DNA from: Desulfobacterales bacterium
Lineage (GTDB): Bacteria > Desulfobacterota > Desulfobacteria > Desulfobacterales > UBA5852
Length of the DNA stretch: 64,000 bases
Assembly: GCA_963674755.2 (NCBI GenBank)
Contig: CAXXVS010000003.1
Span: 1,216,001-1,280,000, forward strand
Direction of reading: 5' to 3'
The notes beneath the pieces were generated by a model that saw only the letters and a program-made list of their open reading frames with translations, had not been told where the DNA came from and searched no databases. Shown here one piece after another: positions 11,351 to 20,999 of this stretch (position 1 is its first letter; every line of letters starts with the position of its first letter). Made by a program: the position numbers and the translations under genes.

Positions 11351-11704
11351 TCACAATCCACCTCTGGCCTTTTTAATCGTACTGATGCCGGTTGAATGGG
11401 CAATCGTGTCGAATCGAATTTCGGGCGCTTCGGCCGCCATTTCGATCACCAGGAGCACCGTATGGAATTTGTCGCTCTGCAGATGGCGGTGCAGCGCTTG
11501 TTCACTCGTCCAGATTTCTTCGAGCATGAAAACACCCTTGATCAGAACATCCTGATATAGTCGGCAGCTGATACACCCCTCCTCGAATTGGGTCTGTTCG
11601 ATGATCGAGCCGAGAATCAGGCGCGCTTCCCGACGCTTTTTAAGCCCTATGTTCACCCGGATGGAAGCGTGGATGGGGATTTCAACGTCTTGGCCTTTAT
11701 CCAT
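11351..11704 (-). CDS. Antibiotic biosynthesis monooxygenase (ABM)/quinol monooxygenase-like protein; start uncertain
   Basis: EEGCISCRLYQD..EEIWTSEQALHRHLQS pattern. Confidence 0.75.
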   Translation of the reverse strand: MDKGQDVEIPIHASIRVNIGLKKRREARLILGSIIEQTQFEEGCISCRLYQDVLIKGVFMLEEIWTSEQALHRHLQSDKFHTVLLVIEMAAEAPEIRFDTIAHSTGISTIKKARGGL

Positions 11705-11796
11705 CACGGTCGGCACCGACGGCTTTTCAGGCAAGGGACTCACCTCCGGAGAGTTCGTGTTGAGCGACACAGCGGCAAGGCATATGGGCCATAGGT

Positions 11797-11812
11797 TGCG
11801 AAAACCATTCCA
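11797..11812 (-). promoter_or_regulatory. Putative sigma54 -24/-12 promoter for the ABM-RND genes
   Basis: Minus strand TGGAATGGTTTTCGCA (GG-N10-GC). Confidence 0.6.
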
Positions 11813-11909
11813 GAAATGAAACCGAATGAAACGGCCGTCCCACTCATTGGAATCAAATGAGAATTGCGGAGGGAATCAACTTTTGAAGGGAAGATGATAA
11901 AAGGCCGGA

Positions 11910-11944
11910 TGCCGAAATATCGGCAAAATGCCGCTAATTCGGCT
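11910..11944. promoter_or_regulatory. Tandem palindromic enhancer sites, probably for the adjacent activator
   Basis: TGCCGA-AATA-TCGGCA and TGCCGCTAATTCGGCT, about 100-130 bp upstream of the sigma54 site. Confidence 0.6.
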
Positions 11945-13504
11945 TTATCCGGTGGGGCGTTTGATACCGAGTTTTTTCATTTTGGATTGGAGGGTCGTGC
12001 GTTTCAACCCCAGAATTTCGGCTGCGCCCTGGGCGCCCGTGACCCGCCAGCCGGTTTTCTCCAGGACGCTCCGGATATGCCGGCGTTCGACATCCTCCAG
12101 TGTGCGCGCCGGTGTCCCGCCATCGGCTTTATACGTGGGCGGTTGCGGATGCAGGGTGCTCCCGCTGCTGAGGATCATGGCGTGTTCGATAATGTTTCGC
12201 AGTTCCCTGGCATTCCCCGGACAGGCGTAACGTTGCAGGGCCTCCATGTTCCGACGGGGAATGTGGTCGATGCGTTTGTTCAATTTTTTCTCGTTTTGTT
12301 TGACGAACAGCCAAATCAGGGGAGGGATGTCCTCGACGCGCTCCCTGAGCGGCGGAATCGAAATGGGAAACACATTCAGCCGGTAGAAGAGGTCGCGGCG
12401 AAATTTTCCCGCGACGACCTCCTGGTCCAGGTTGCGATTGGTGGCGGCGATGAAGCGAACATCGACCTTCAGGGATTGGGTGGACCCTAGTCGCTCAAAG
12501 CGCCCCTCCTCGACGACGCGCAGCAGTTTCGCCTGCAGGTCAGGGGGCAGTTCGCCGATCTCGTCCAGAAAAAGGGTGGACTTGTCAGCCACCTCGAAGC
12601 GGCCGGCCATGCGGGTCAGAGCCCCGGTGTAGGCGCCTTTCTCACGGCCGAAAAGTTCGCTTTCGATCAGCGTAGGAGGCAGGACGGCGCAATTGATGGT
12701 GATAAGCGGTCGCTCCTTCCGAAGGCTTAGATTGTGAATGGTGTGGGCCAGGAGTTCCTTGCCGGTGCCCGTCTCCCCCGTGAGAAGGACGGTGGCATCG
12801 GTGCGGGCCACTTGTTCCACTTGGGCGAGCACCTGCTTCATGGCCGCGCTACGACAGACAATCTCCGCGTGCCCATACTGGGGCATGATTTCATCCCGCA
12901 GGTATGTGTTCTCCTCCTCCAACAGGAGTTTCAATCGCTGGATCTCTTCCAGCCGTTCGCGAAGGGCTTGCTCCGTCTGCTTGCGGACAAGCGCGTTGGC
13001 AAAAATCTGTGCGACCAGTTCAAACTGTTGCACGACCGCCGCCGGCCAGTTCCTTTCCTTCCCCAGAACCGCAAAAGTGAGCAAGCCGACCACTTCCCCC
13101 CCGCCGACCGACAACGGAACGCCCACCATGGATTGGGTGCCATAGTGGATGAAACTCTGCCGGTCGCGGTCCGCTTCCGCCGGAAGGTCGCTCATTCCCG
13201 AAATAACGAGCGTTTCTCCTTGCAGCACTTTTCGCAATGACCAGGGCCAAAAATCCTGTATGTCCATTTTCTCAGGAGGCGTCGCGCTTTCCGGCGGCTG
13301 ATGCAAATGGGTTAGCAGCAGCGTCCCGGGTTTTCTCCTGGAGACTTGAAAAAGTGTGGAACGATCGATATGGAGGCGCTCACAGACGCGGCGTTGGGCA
13401 GCTTCAATCTCGCTATCAACCTGATCGGCAGGGAGATTGATAAAAAGGGTCGATATTTCAGCCAGCAATCTCTCGAATTCCATTGCCCGACCCTGTTTGT
13501 GCAT
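11945..13504 (-). CDS. FhlA-like sigma54-dependent activator (GAF-AAA+-HTH)
   Basis: GETGTGKE, ESELFG..GAYTGA, LFLDEIGE, FRRDLFYRL; Fis-type HTH. Confidence 0.92.
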   Translation of the reverse strand: MHKQGRAMEFERLLAEISTLFINLPADQVDSEIEAAQRRVCERLHIDRSTLFQVSRRKPGTLLLTHLHQPPESATPPEKMDIQDFWPWSLRKVLQGETLVISGMSDLPAEADRDRQSFIHYGTQSMVGVPLSVGGGEVVGLLTFAVLGKERNWPAAVVQQFELVAQIFANALVRKQTEQALRERLEEIQRLKLLLEEENTYLRDEIMPQYGHAEIVCRSAAMKQVLAQVEQVARTDATVLLTGETGTGKELLAHTIHNLSLRKERPLITINCAVLPPTLIESELFGREKGAYTGALTRMAGRFEVADKSTLFLDEIGELPPDLQAKLLRVVEEGRFERLGSTQSLKVDVRFIAATNRNLDQEVVAGKFRRDLFYRLNVFPISIPPLRERVEDIPPLIWLFVKQNEKKLNKRIDHIPRRNMEALQRYACPGNARELRNIIEHAMILSSGSTLHPQPPTYKADGGTPARTLEDVERRHIRSVLEKTGWRVTGAQGAAEILGLKRTTLQSKMKKLGIKRPTG

Positions 13505-14039
13505 GTAAGATATCTTTCAAGGTCATTCAGCCCCTCCTAATTCTAAGAAGAGCGCTAACCTTAAGTTCCGCAGCTTAAACGAGCGCCTGAAAATAACACC
13601 ACCCCGGACCGACAGCACCATCTGCTAACAAGTTGCAGGCCTCCTGCAGTGCCGCTCCGTTTTTTAAGGCACAATTTACCTAAACCGTTGATCGATATGG
13701 CCACGCCGGAAGCAAGGTGCTTTTTATCGTTTGCAAAAGATGTTCGATCGCATGGTGTGATTTGCGTTTCGGCAGGCTATCTTGACATTCTTGATTAACA
13801 TGAATTGTGGCCCATTGCGACTATCTCAATGAAATCGTCGGTGTCAAAACCTGTGATTAGGTGCCACGAAACGTAACTGCGCCAGCTACTCGGGCAAATC
13901 AATATCCTGCGTTTCCGATGAATGTTCAAATGAGGGTGCTATCGTTCTGAAGGAGCACGGGGCGGAATCCAAACCACCAACAGGGCTTCTTGAATTTTCC
14001 CTATTAAGCACCCGCGCCTGATCCGCCAGCAACGACGAA

Positions 14040-14349
14040 TTGGAACGCAAGGCGGTTCACCGCAGCCAGGGCTATGATTTCGATTGGCTCGTCGGGCGGG
14101 TTGCCGAATTGCTGGCGATGGACGTCGGGGATGTCTTAAAATTAGGGCGGTACCCGCAAACCGTCAAGGCCCGCAGCATTCTCTGGTACTGGGTCCACCG
14201 CGAGTTCGGTATCCCCACCACGGAATTGGCCCGGCGAATGAGCCTATCGCAGCCGGCAGTCAGCCATTCGGTGGCACGGGGAGAAAAGCTTGTCCGCGAA
14301 AACGGATATACTTTGTCGGTCCATTCATAATTATAGATGAATGGACGTC
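14040..14349 (+). pseudogene. C-terminal HTH remnant of a Y1/RAYT-like transposase
   Basis: KARSILWYWVHREFG..ELARRMSLSQPAVSHSVARGE; no plausible N-terminus. Confidence 0.6.
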
Positions 14350-14739
14350 AAATTTCCCTGTTTGGTGTGTTTGAGATCAATTCCAGGATTTTTGCAATAT
14401 TCAATCGATTTTGGTAACGTGTGTTCGTTCCTCCTTTTTGAAGCCGGTCCCACCCCATAGCGCGCAATGCGACCCGATGGTTTTTTTTAATACATAGAAG
14501 ATGCAATCCTGCAGCCTGCGTGATTGCGCGATGTCAAAGGCTTAAAAGCGAAGAGACTTATCGCTTGGGGCGTCCTTAGAATGCTCGCAGGCTATTGTTG
14601 TCGAGCTCCGAACGGAGAATGCTCCAAATACTTTCCGTGAATTATACAGATTTTCCACATCAGCGTGTTAGTTGGCGGTTAAGGTGAGCGGTGCCTCAAA
14701 AAATAGAAACAAAAACCTAAGCATTGAGGAGATCGAACT

Positions 14740-15192
14740 ATGAAACGCTTTTTTGCTCTTTCAGTGATTCTGATGATCATCGCTGGCATTACCTCAGGCT
14801 GCGGGAAGCGATACGTTGGGACATCGGTCAATTACAGTTGGGACGGATGGTGCATGTACTATGGGGGGGAGAAACATTGCACGGTCAGCACTGGCGCTTT
14901 GATTTTCGATTTCGACATCATGGAGGGTCCAAATACCGGGGAATACATCATTGACGGCTACATAGACCCTACGCAGGGTGCAGTGAAAAGCTGGTCGAGA
15001 ATATCGGAAGGTTCAGGCACGCACTTTAGCTTGATCATTGCAAATGATGGTTTCGTCGTAGATAATCTCGGTTTTCGTCCTAAAACAGCTTATGGCAATC
15101 TTGTTGACCAGATTCCTTTCAGAATTGAATTTACGAGACCTGAAGGATTTGATGCGGTAGCATTTTCTTGGGAAATGAGGGTGCGAGGATAA
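14740..15192 (+). CDS. Hypothetical lipoprotein, low GC
   Basis: GAGGAG RBS; signal peptide ending TSGC. Confidence 0.75.
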   Translation: MKRFFALSVILMIIAGITSGCGKRYVGTSVNYSWDGWCMYYGGEKHCTVSTGALIFDFDIMEGPNTGEYIIDGYIDPTQGAVKSWSRISEGSGTHFSLIIANDGFVVDNLGFRPKTAYGNLVDQIPFRIEFTRPEGFDAVAFSWEMRVRG

Positions 15193-15379
15193 GCGCAATG
15201 TGATCTGATGAATCATTTCCGATACAAAAGGGATGCAACCCTGCAGTCTGCGGGGACAGAAATGGGGACTCTCGGAGGTATATTCTCCAACTATTTCAAT
15301 AGATAACGTTGTTGACAAAATGTGCAAAAAAATTTGGCGTTCGAGCCATTTCCATATTTTGGCATAACAGGAATCAACA

Positions 15380-15512
15380 ATGTCCAGAGGACCTCGGCTG
15401 GACGCACCCGGAACACTTCATAACGTGACTGTTCGTGGTATCGTGTCATTGCTTCGAGCATCTCCCAAATTCTCTGCCGGGAAAGTTAGTGCAGCTTGTC
15501 AACAACGTCCCC
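15380..15512 (+). pseudogene. Internally deleted Y1/RAYT-like transposase remnant
   Basis: Translates MSRGPRLDAPGTLHNVTVRGI, a typical RAYT N-terminus, then ends within about 130 bp at AACGTCCCC. Confidence 0.65.
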
Positions 15513-15775
15513 ACTAACCCCCAATTCTTCCTGCCCACCAGTCCCCACTTTTTAATATATCCTAAAGAAATCACGTGGTATGGCCGATCTTAGATGAACG
15601 GCAGATTGTTTGCCGATTAGACAGATCCTAGTCGATTTATATCGGTCACCGTTCAACTTCTATAGGGCCAAGGCCGCGTTCCATGTTTCTGAGTTTCGAT
15701 TTGGGTTCCAACTCACTCTGGCGATACCGCACACCAGAAAATGGCGAATTCTTTTTTAAGACAAGGAGGCGTCGC

Positions 15776-16288
15776 ATGACCCGATATCTTTTTGTTCTTA
15801 TTGCCGGGCTTTTCTTTTTGGGAATTTCAACGGCCGAGGCCGAAATGTACAAATGGGTGGATGAAAACGGCGTGGTCCACTTTTCCGATTCTCCGGTTCA
15901 AAACGCCGCAAAAGAAAAGGACATGGAGACTGTCGAGAGCGTTGGCAGCTCGGGCAGCCAGCCCTCCCTTTCCAATGAATGGATGGACAGGGACGCCATT
16001 TTCAACCAAGCCGGACTTGCAGCAGAAGCCTTTTTGCTGGAACATGAAAACTGGCCTGAAAAGCCGCTATTTTCTCAATTTCATACCGTGGAGGCTGGTC
16101 AGTTCATCTCGAATCTTATCCTGCAGGTTAAGCTGCCGGCCGTTATGCTGGAGGGCAAAGATTGCTACATGGCCTATCAGCGCGTAAGGGTGAAAACAGA
16201 AATAGACCCTAACGACAGGACTAAGGCCCGCATTACCGGCGTAGAGCTTGCCGGCCGCGTATTGGAGCCGCAGGACTGCCTGGAATGA
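15776..16288 (+). CDS. DUF4124-domain exported protein
   Basis: AGGAGG RBS; signal peptide then MYKWVDENGVVHFSDSP. Confidence 0.85.
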   Translation: MTRYLFVLIAGLFFLGISTAEAEMYKWVDENGVVHFSDSPVQNAAKEKDMETVESVGSSGSQPSLSNEWMDRDAIFNQAGLAAEAFLLEHENWPEKPLFSQFHTVEAGQFISNLILQVKLPAVMLEGKDCYMAYQRVRVKTEIDPNDRTKARITGVELAGRVLEPQDCLE

Positions 16289-16547
16289 AGCGTTTCCTTC
16301 TATTGTTTTTGATTTTTTGCCGGCCGGGGACCTTGCACCGCTGGCAACCTTCAGTTCAGCGCGCGACAGCGTCGCGCAACATCCGGACCTTATGACGGGC
16401 CCGAAAACACCCGCAGCCAAAGCACCTGCGATAGGTTTGAGACGTTAGAATGCCGCCCATTCAGGGCGGTTTAAGGGATATCGACATCCATATCTCTTTA
16501 TATGGGTCGGAATTTTATGGTAATGATATCCATACGTCATTGATTAG

Positions 16548-16706
16548 AAGGCACCTCAAAAGTGTCTTTTGGGGCCATCCGCCGGAGGCGGACAAGTAGT
16601 TGCGTTGGGCGATCGAATTGAATCCTCGAAATACCGGTGCATTCCTCCGGTGCAATAATCACGGCCGCCTTGCGCTGAAGCCCAAAGCTCACTTTTTCGA
16701 TACCTT
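16548..16706. mobile_element. MITE-like short element with imperfect terminal inverted repeats
   Basis: Left AAGGCACCTCAAAAGTGTCTTTTGGGGC versus reverse complement of right end AAGGTATCGAAAAAGTGAGCTTTGGGC; internal hairpins. Confidence 0.55.
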
Positions 16707-16769
16707 ATAGCATAGCCCAACTTACACCGGCTTATACACGGATACCTACTTCTATACCTGCTGCGGGGA

Positions 16770-19556
16770 ATGTACATGGTAGCTCTAGGTCAGCACTCGA
16801 ATTTTGGGAAAAGCCGATCGAAGATCGTATATTTCGTTTTGGGTGCCGTCGGGTGGTTTATCGGCAGTGTGATCTCTGAACTTTCGCTTTCCATTTATGG
16901 CCTGGCGCTAGGCCTCATGGCTGCGGAAATCGTCAACCTGCGGAAACAGCTGACGGCTTTGGAAGAGCAGCGACCGGCGATGCCGCCGTCTGCTGAGCCT
17001 TCTCGCGAAAAGGCCACAGCGCGCGTTGCGCCGGACCAGCCCGTTGCCGCCCCGGAGTTCCCCACCACGGAACCGCCGCCTGTGGCAATCGAAACCCTTG
17101 AAGATTCGGAGACGGCGGCCGCGGTTCCCACCGGCCCTACGGCGCCTGTTTCAGATTCCCGGCGTCAGGCGCCCCCCCAACAGCCCTTGCCGTACAAACC
17201 GGAACCCCAGGCAACGCTTTTTACCTACATCGAGTCCTACGTGAAGACCTTTTTTACCACCGGCAATGTGGTTACCAAAATCGGCGTTATCGTGCTCTTC
17301 TTCGGCGTGGCCTTTTTGCTCAAATACGCGGCCCAGCGCAACCTGGTGCCCATTGAGTTCCGTTTGATCGGCGTGTTTGCAGGCGGTCTGGCCCTGCTCG
17401 CCGCCGGCTGGCGTCTGAGGGAACGTCGGACGGTATACGGGCTGCTCCTCCAGGGAGGCGGGGTGGGCGTGCTTTATCTCACCGTCTATGCGGCCGCGCG
17501 GTTTTACCATCTGCTGCCCTACGGCTTGTCTTTTGTGGTCATGTTCGCCCTGGTGGTCTTTTCCAGCCTCCTGGCCGTATTCCAGGAGGCCAAATACCTT
17601 GCCGTATGCAGTATCGTGGGGGGATTTCTGGCCCCGGTATTGATGTCCACCGGCAGCGGCAGCCACGTGGTTCTTTTTTCCTATTACGCCCTGCTCAATT
17701 TGGGGATCGCCGGCATTGCCCGTTACCGCGCCTGGCGGGAACTCAACCTGATCGGGTTTTTGTTTACCTTCGGCATCGCTTCCCTATGGGGAAGCAATTA
17801 CTACCAGCCCCGTTATTTCCAGAGCAGCGAGCCGTTCCTGATCCTCTTTTTTCTTTTTTACGTCGCCATATCGGTTCTGTATGCCCTTCGCCAGCCGCTT
17901 CACCTCAAGGGCTATGTCGACGGCACGCTGGTTTTCGGCGTGCCGATCGTGGCCTTTGGCCTGCAGTATGGTCTTGTGCATGACTTCCCCTATGGACTCG
18001 CCATCAGTACCTTATGCCTCGGTCTTTTTTACTGCGGGCTGGCAACGATCCTGTGGCGCCGGACTAAAAACGACCTGCGCATGCTGACCGAGTCTTTCCT
18101 GGCGCTGGGAATCGTTTTCGGCAGCCTGGCGATGCCCCTGGCCCTGGACGGCCGTTGGACCTCCGCCGCCTGGGCGCTGGAAGGCGCCGCGATCCTCTGG
18201 GTCGGCATTCGCCAGAACCGCCTTCTGCCCCGTATCTTCGGTCTTCTTCTCCAGGTCGGGGCGGCCATTGCCTTTCTGATCGCCGCCTATCAGCCCTCCG
18301 GCCAGATACCCGTCCTCAACAGCATCTGGGTCGGTTGTGCCCTGATCAGCCTGACCAGCCTCTTTTCAAGCTGGTACCTTACCCGGCAAAGTGAAACCCT
18401 GCACCCATGGGAGCGGCAGGTCGCGCTGCCCCTCATGGTATGGGGACTCGTCTGGTGGTTCGGCGCGGCCGTATATGAGATTGACCGTTGCCTGGCCTGG
18501 GGGGACCGTGAAGCCGCCCTGCTGATCCATGCCGCCGCCAGTTTCATCGTGATCGATATGGCCAGCCGACGCCTGGGATGGAAACAATTGTCCTTTCCGG
18601 CCATCGTCCTGCTACCGCTAATGGCGATGGCCTGTCTTTGGCATTTAACCGCGGCCGGCCATCCGTATTTCTTTGCCCGCCTGGGATCCCTGGCCTGGAT
18701 CCTTGTGTTTGGGGCCCACTACCGCCTGCTCTTCAATTGTGAAAAAATCTGGCCCGAAAAGGTCGTGCCCCTCTGGCATCAAGGCGCCCTCTGGCTCCTG
18801 ATCCTGATTCTCACGTCGGAAAGCGCTTACGGCGTCGATCGGTTGGTTGCGGCGGGATCCGCTTGGTCCTATTGTGCCTGGGGGGTTGTGCCGGGCTCGA
18901 TGGTGCTCGCCCTGCTGGCGCGTGGCGATCGCCTTCGCTGGCCGGTGGAACGTTTCCATGACGCTTATTTCAGAATCGGTGCCGCCCTGCCGGTGGCTTA
19001 CCTGTTTATCTGGGCCGTCGCGGCCAACCTCTACCACGGCAACCCGTCCCCCTTGCCATTTGTGCCCCTTTTAAACCCCATCGCACTGACCCAGATTTAC
19101 CTGCTCCAGATTGCCCTGTTGTGGATCGGCAACCAGGCCGAGTGGCTTCACCGGCCGGAGCGCAACATCGACAGCAGCGTTTTTAAAATGATGGTCTGGG
19201 GGGCCGGATTCCTGCTGCTCAACGCTACGGTGGCCCGCACGATCCATCACTGGGGGCACGTTCCTTATACATTTGCCGGCCTGTATCGATCGGTTCTCTT
19301 CCAGGCGGCCATTTCGATTCTGTGGGGTGTGATCGCCCTGGCGGCGACCTTCGGCGCCACTAAAAAGCGCAGCCGCCGGGGCTGGATCGCCGGCGCCACG
19401 ATTCTGTCCCTGGTGGTGATCAAGCTTTTCTTTGTCGATCTGGCCGGTACCGGCACCGTGGCCCGGATCGTGTCGTTTATCGGCGTGGGCTCACTCATGC
19501 TGCTGATGGGCTATCTTTCACCTCTGCCACCCTCTCGCAGCGGGGAAACCGAATGA
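16770..19556 (+). CDS. DUF2339-family polytopic membrane protein
   Basis: GNVVTKIGVIVLFFGVAFLLKYA, WALEGA and C-terminal KLFFVDL..RIVSFIGVG..GYLSPLPP. Confidence 0.85.
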   Translation: MYMVALGQHSNFGKSRSKIVYFVLGAVGWFIGSVISELSLSIYGLALGLMAAEIVNLRKQLTALEEQRPAMPPSAEPSREKATARVAPDQPVAAPEFPTTEPPPVAIETLEDSETAAAVPTGPTAPVSDSRRQAPPQQPLPYKPEPQATLFTYIESYVKTFFTTGNVVTKIGVIVLFFGVAFLLKYAAQRNLVPIEFRLIGVFAGGLALLAAGWRLRERRTVYGLLLQGGGVGVLYLTVYAAARFYHLLPYGLSFVVMFALVVFSSLLAVFQEAKYLAVCSIVGGFLAPVLMSTGSGSHVVLFSYYALLNLGIAGIARYRAWRELNLIGFLFTFGIASLWGSNYYQPRYFQSSEPFLILFFLFYVAISVLYALRQPLHLKGYVDGTLVFGVPIVAFGLQYGLVHDFPYGLAISTLCLGLFYCGLATILWRRTKNDLRMLTESFLALGIVFGSLAMPLALDGRWTSAAWALEGAAILWVGIRQNRLLPRIFGLLLQVGAAIAFLIAAYQPSGQIPVLNSIWVGCALISLTSLFSSWYLTRQSETLHPWERQVALPLMVWGLVWWFGAAVYEIDRCLAWGDREAALLIHAAASFIVIDMASRRLGWKQLSFPAIVLLPLMAMACLWHLTAAGHPYFFARLGSLAWILVFGAHYRLLFNCEKIWPEKVVPLWHQGALWLLILILTSESAYGVDRLVAAGSAWSYCAWGVVPGSMVLALLARGDRLRWPVERFHDAYFRIGAALPVAYLFIWAVAANLYHGNPSPLPFVPLLNPIALTQIYLLQIALLWIGNQAEWLHRPERNIDSSVFKMMVWGAGFLLLNATVARTIHHWGHVPYTFAGLYRSVLFQAAISILWGVIALAATFGATKKRSRRGWIAGATILSLVVIKLFFVDLAGTGTVARIVSFIGVGSLMLLMGYLSPLPPSRSGETE

Positions 19557-20941
19557 GATATCTGCTCCTGCTTACCGCACTGCTTGTGTTGCCGCCAGTC
19601 ACAGCGGCGGCGGTCCAGCCCGATGATTTCGCCTACGGACGGCCCCTGTCCCTTGCGTCGAAAGGGGCGGTCTATCGCCTGAATGTCCCCCGGGATATTT
19701 ATGCCACCGTAACGCAGGGTGATCTGGGGGATATCCGGATTTTCAACAAGGCCGGGACGGTCGTGCCGCATGTCCTGCGGCGCCCTCAAAAACCACAAGA
19801 ACAACTGATGATTTCTATCATTCTGCCATTTTTTCCTCTCTATCGCCAGGATGCGCGGACAGGACAGGACGGGTTATCGGTGCGGGTCGAGAAAGGTGTG
19901 GACGGCGCCGTCATCGATGTGCAGTCCGAGGGCAAGCAGGGGGGCGATGAACAGGAACTGACCGGCTATATCATTGACGCCAGCAAGCACACATCCCGCA
20001 TCGACGAGCTCGATATCGCCTGGGAGGCGGAAAAGACGAACAACGTTGCAACAGTCTCCCTGGCCTACAGTCATGACCTGACTCACTGGACCCCTCTGGT
20101 TCCCCAGGCGACTCTGGCCCGGATGCAGTTCGGCGGCCATCATATCAGCAAAACAAAAATCCCTTTGCAGGTTCAGGGAGGCGGCTATCTCCGCTTGTCA
20201 TGGCCAACCCCTCAAAACCGGATCACGGTCCAAAAGATTACGGCCATAAGAAACCGTACGAAGCCCGGCCCGGCAAGATCATGGGCCCTGTTTCCGGGCG
20301 CACCCGGCCCCGACAATAAAAAATCGGGCGCGCAGGCATTTGAATACGACAGCGCCGCCCATTTGCCCGTGGACCGCCTGCGGCTCGGCTTCGATGATCA
20401 AAACATACTGGTTCAAGCCAGGGTCTATTCCCGATCACATCCCGATGCAAATTGGGTGATTCGTCAAAGCGGGCTTATTTACGACCTTCGTTTTGAAGCG
20501 GAGACGCGCATCCGGAATACGCTCTCCTTCGGGTGCACGCCGGACCGCTACTGGCGGGTGGAAATCGAGAAGGGAAGCGGCGGCGGTTGGGGCGATCCTC
20601 CCAGGGTCGAGCTGGGCTGGCGGCCCGATGAACTGCTCTTTGTCGCCCGTGGCGGTGGGCCGTTCATGCTGGCCTATGGTTCGGCCCGGCTGGAAGGGGA
20701 AGGGCGGGACAGCGGTTCGTCCGACCTGTTGACCCACGTTTTGGGGTCCGATGAAGAATTCCTGATCAAAGAAGCTGGGCTCATGCCGCAAATCGTACTC
20801 GGCGGCCCTGATCGGCTGACACCTATACCACCTCCGCTGCCCTGGCGGCAGTGGCTGCTGTGGGCCGTACTGGTTATCGGCGTTGGCCTTGTGGCCTGGA
20901 TGGCCATCGTCCTGGGGAAGGGGATGCGCAAGGAGACCTAA
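19553..20941 (+). CDS. DUF3999-family protein
   Basis: Signal peptide; DLGDIRIFN, LLFVARGGGPFMLAYG; C-terminal TM WLLWAVL; usual partner of DUF2339. Confidence 0.8.
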   Translation: MRYLLLLTALLVLPPVTAAAVQPDDFAYGRPLSLASKGAVYRLNVPRDIYATVTQGDLGDIRIFNKAGTVVPHVLRRPQKPQEQLMISIILPFFPLYRQDARTGQDGLSVRVEKGVDGAVIDVQSEGKQGGDEQELTGYIIDASKHTSRIDELDIAWEAEKTNNVATVSLAYSHDLTHWTPLVPQATLARMQFGGHHISKTKIPLQVQGGGYLRLSWPTPQNRITVQKITAIRNRTKPGPARSWALFPGAPGPDNKKSGAQAFEYDSAAHLPVDRLRLGFDDQNILVQARVYSRSHPDANWVIRQSGLIYDLRFEAETRIRNTLSFGCTPDRYWRVEIEKGSGGGWGDPPRVELGWRPDELLFVARGGGPFMLAYGSARLEGEGRDSGSSDLLTHVLGSDEEFLIKEAGLMPQIVLGGPDRLTPIPPPLPWRQWLLWAVLVIGVGLVAWMAIVLGKGMRKET

Positions 20942-20988
20942 TGGCCTGTCAACGGGTAAGGGTGAAAACCGAAATCGACCCTGACAAC
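20941..20988 (+). repeat. 48-bp imperfect direct repeat of 16169-16216 (part of the DUF4124 gene)
   Basis: 41/48 identical; MACQRVRVKTEIDPDN versus MAYQRVRVKTEIDPND. Confidence 0.85.
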
Positions 20989-20999
20989 TCCGTTGCGGC

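Noticed and set aside
13550..15370. Integron attC-like YAAC/GTTR cores
   Set aside because: No convincing paired attC hairpin and no integrase in the window
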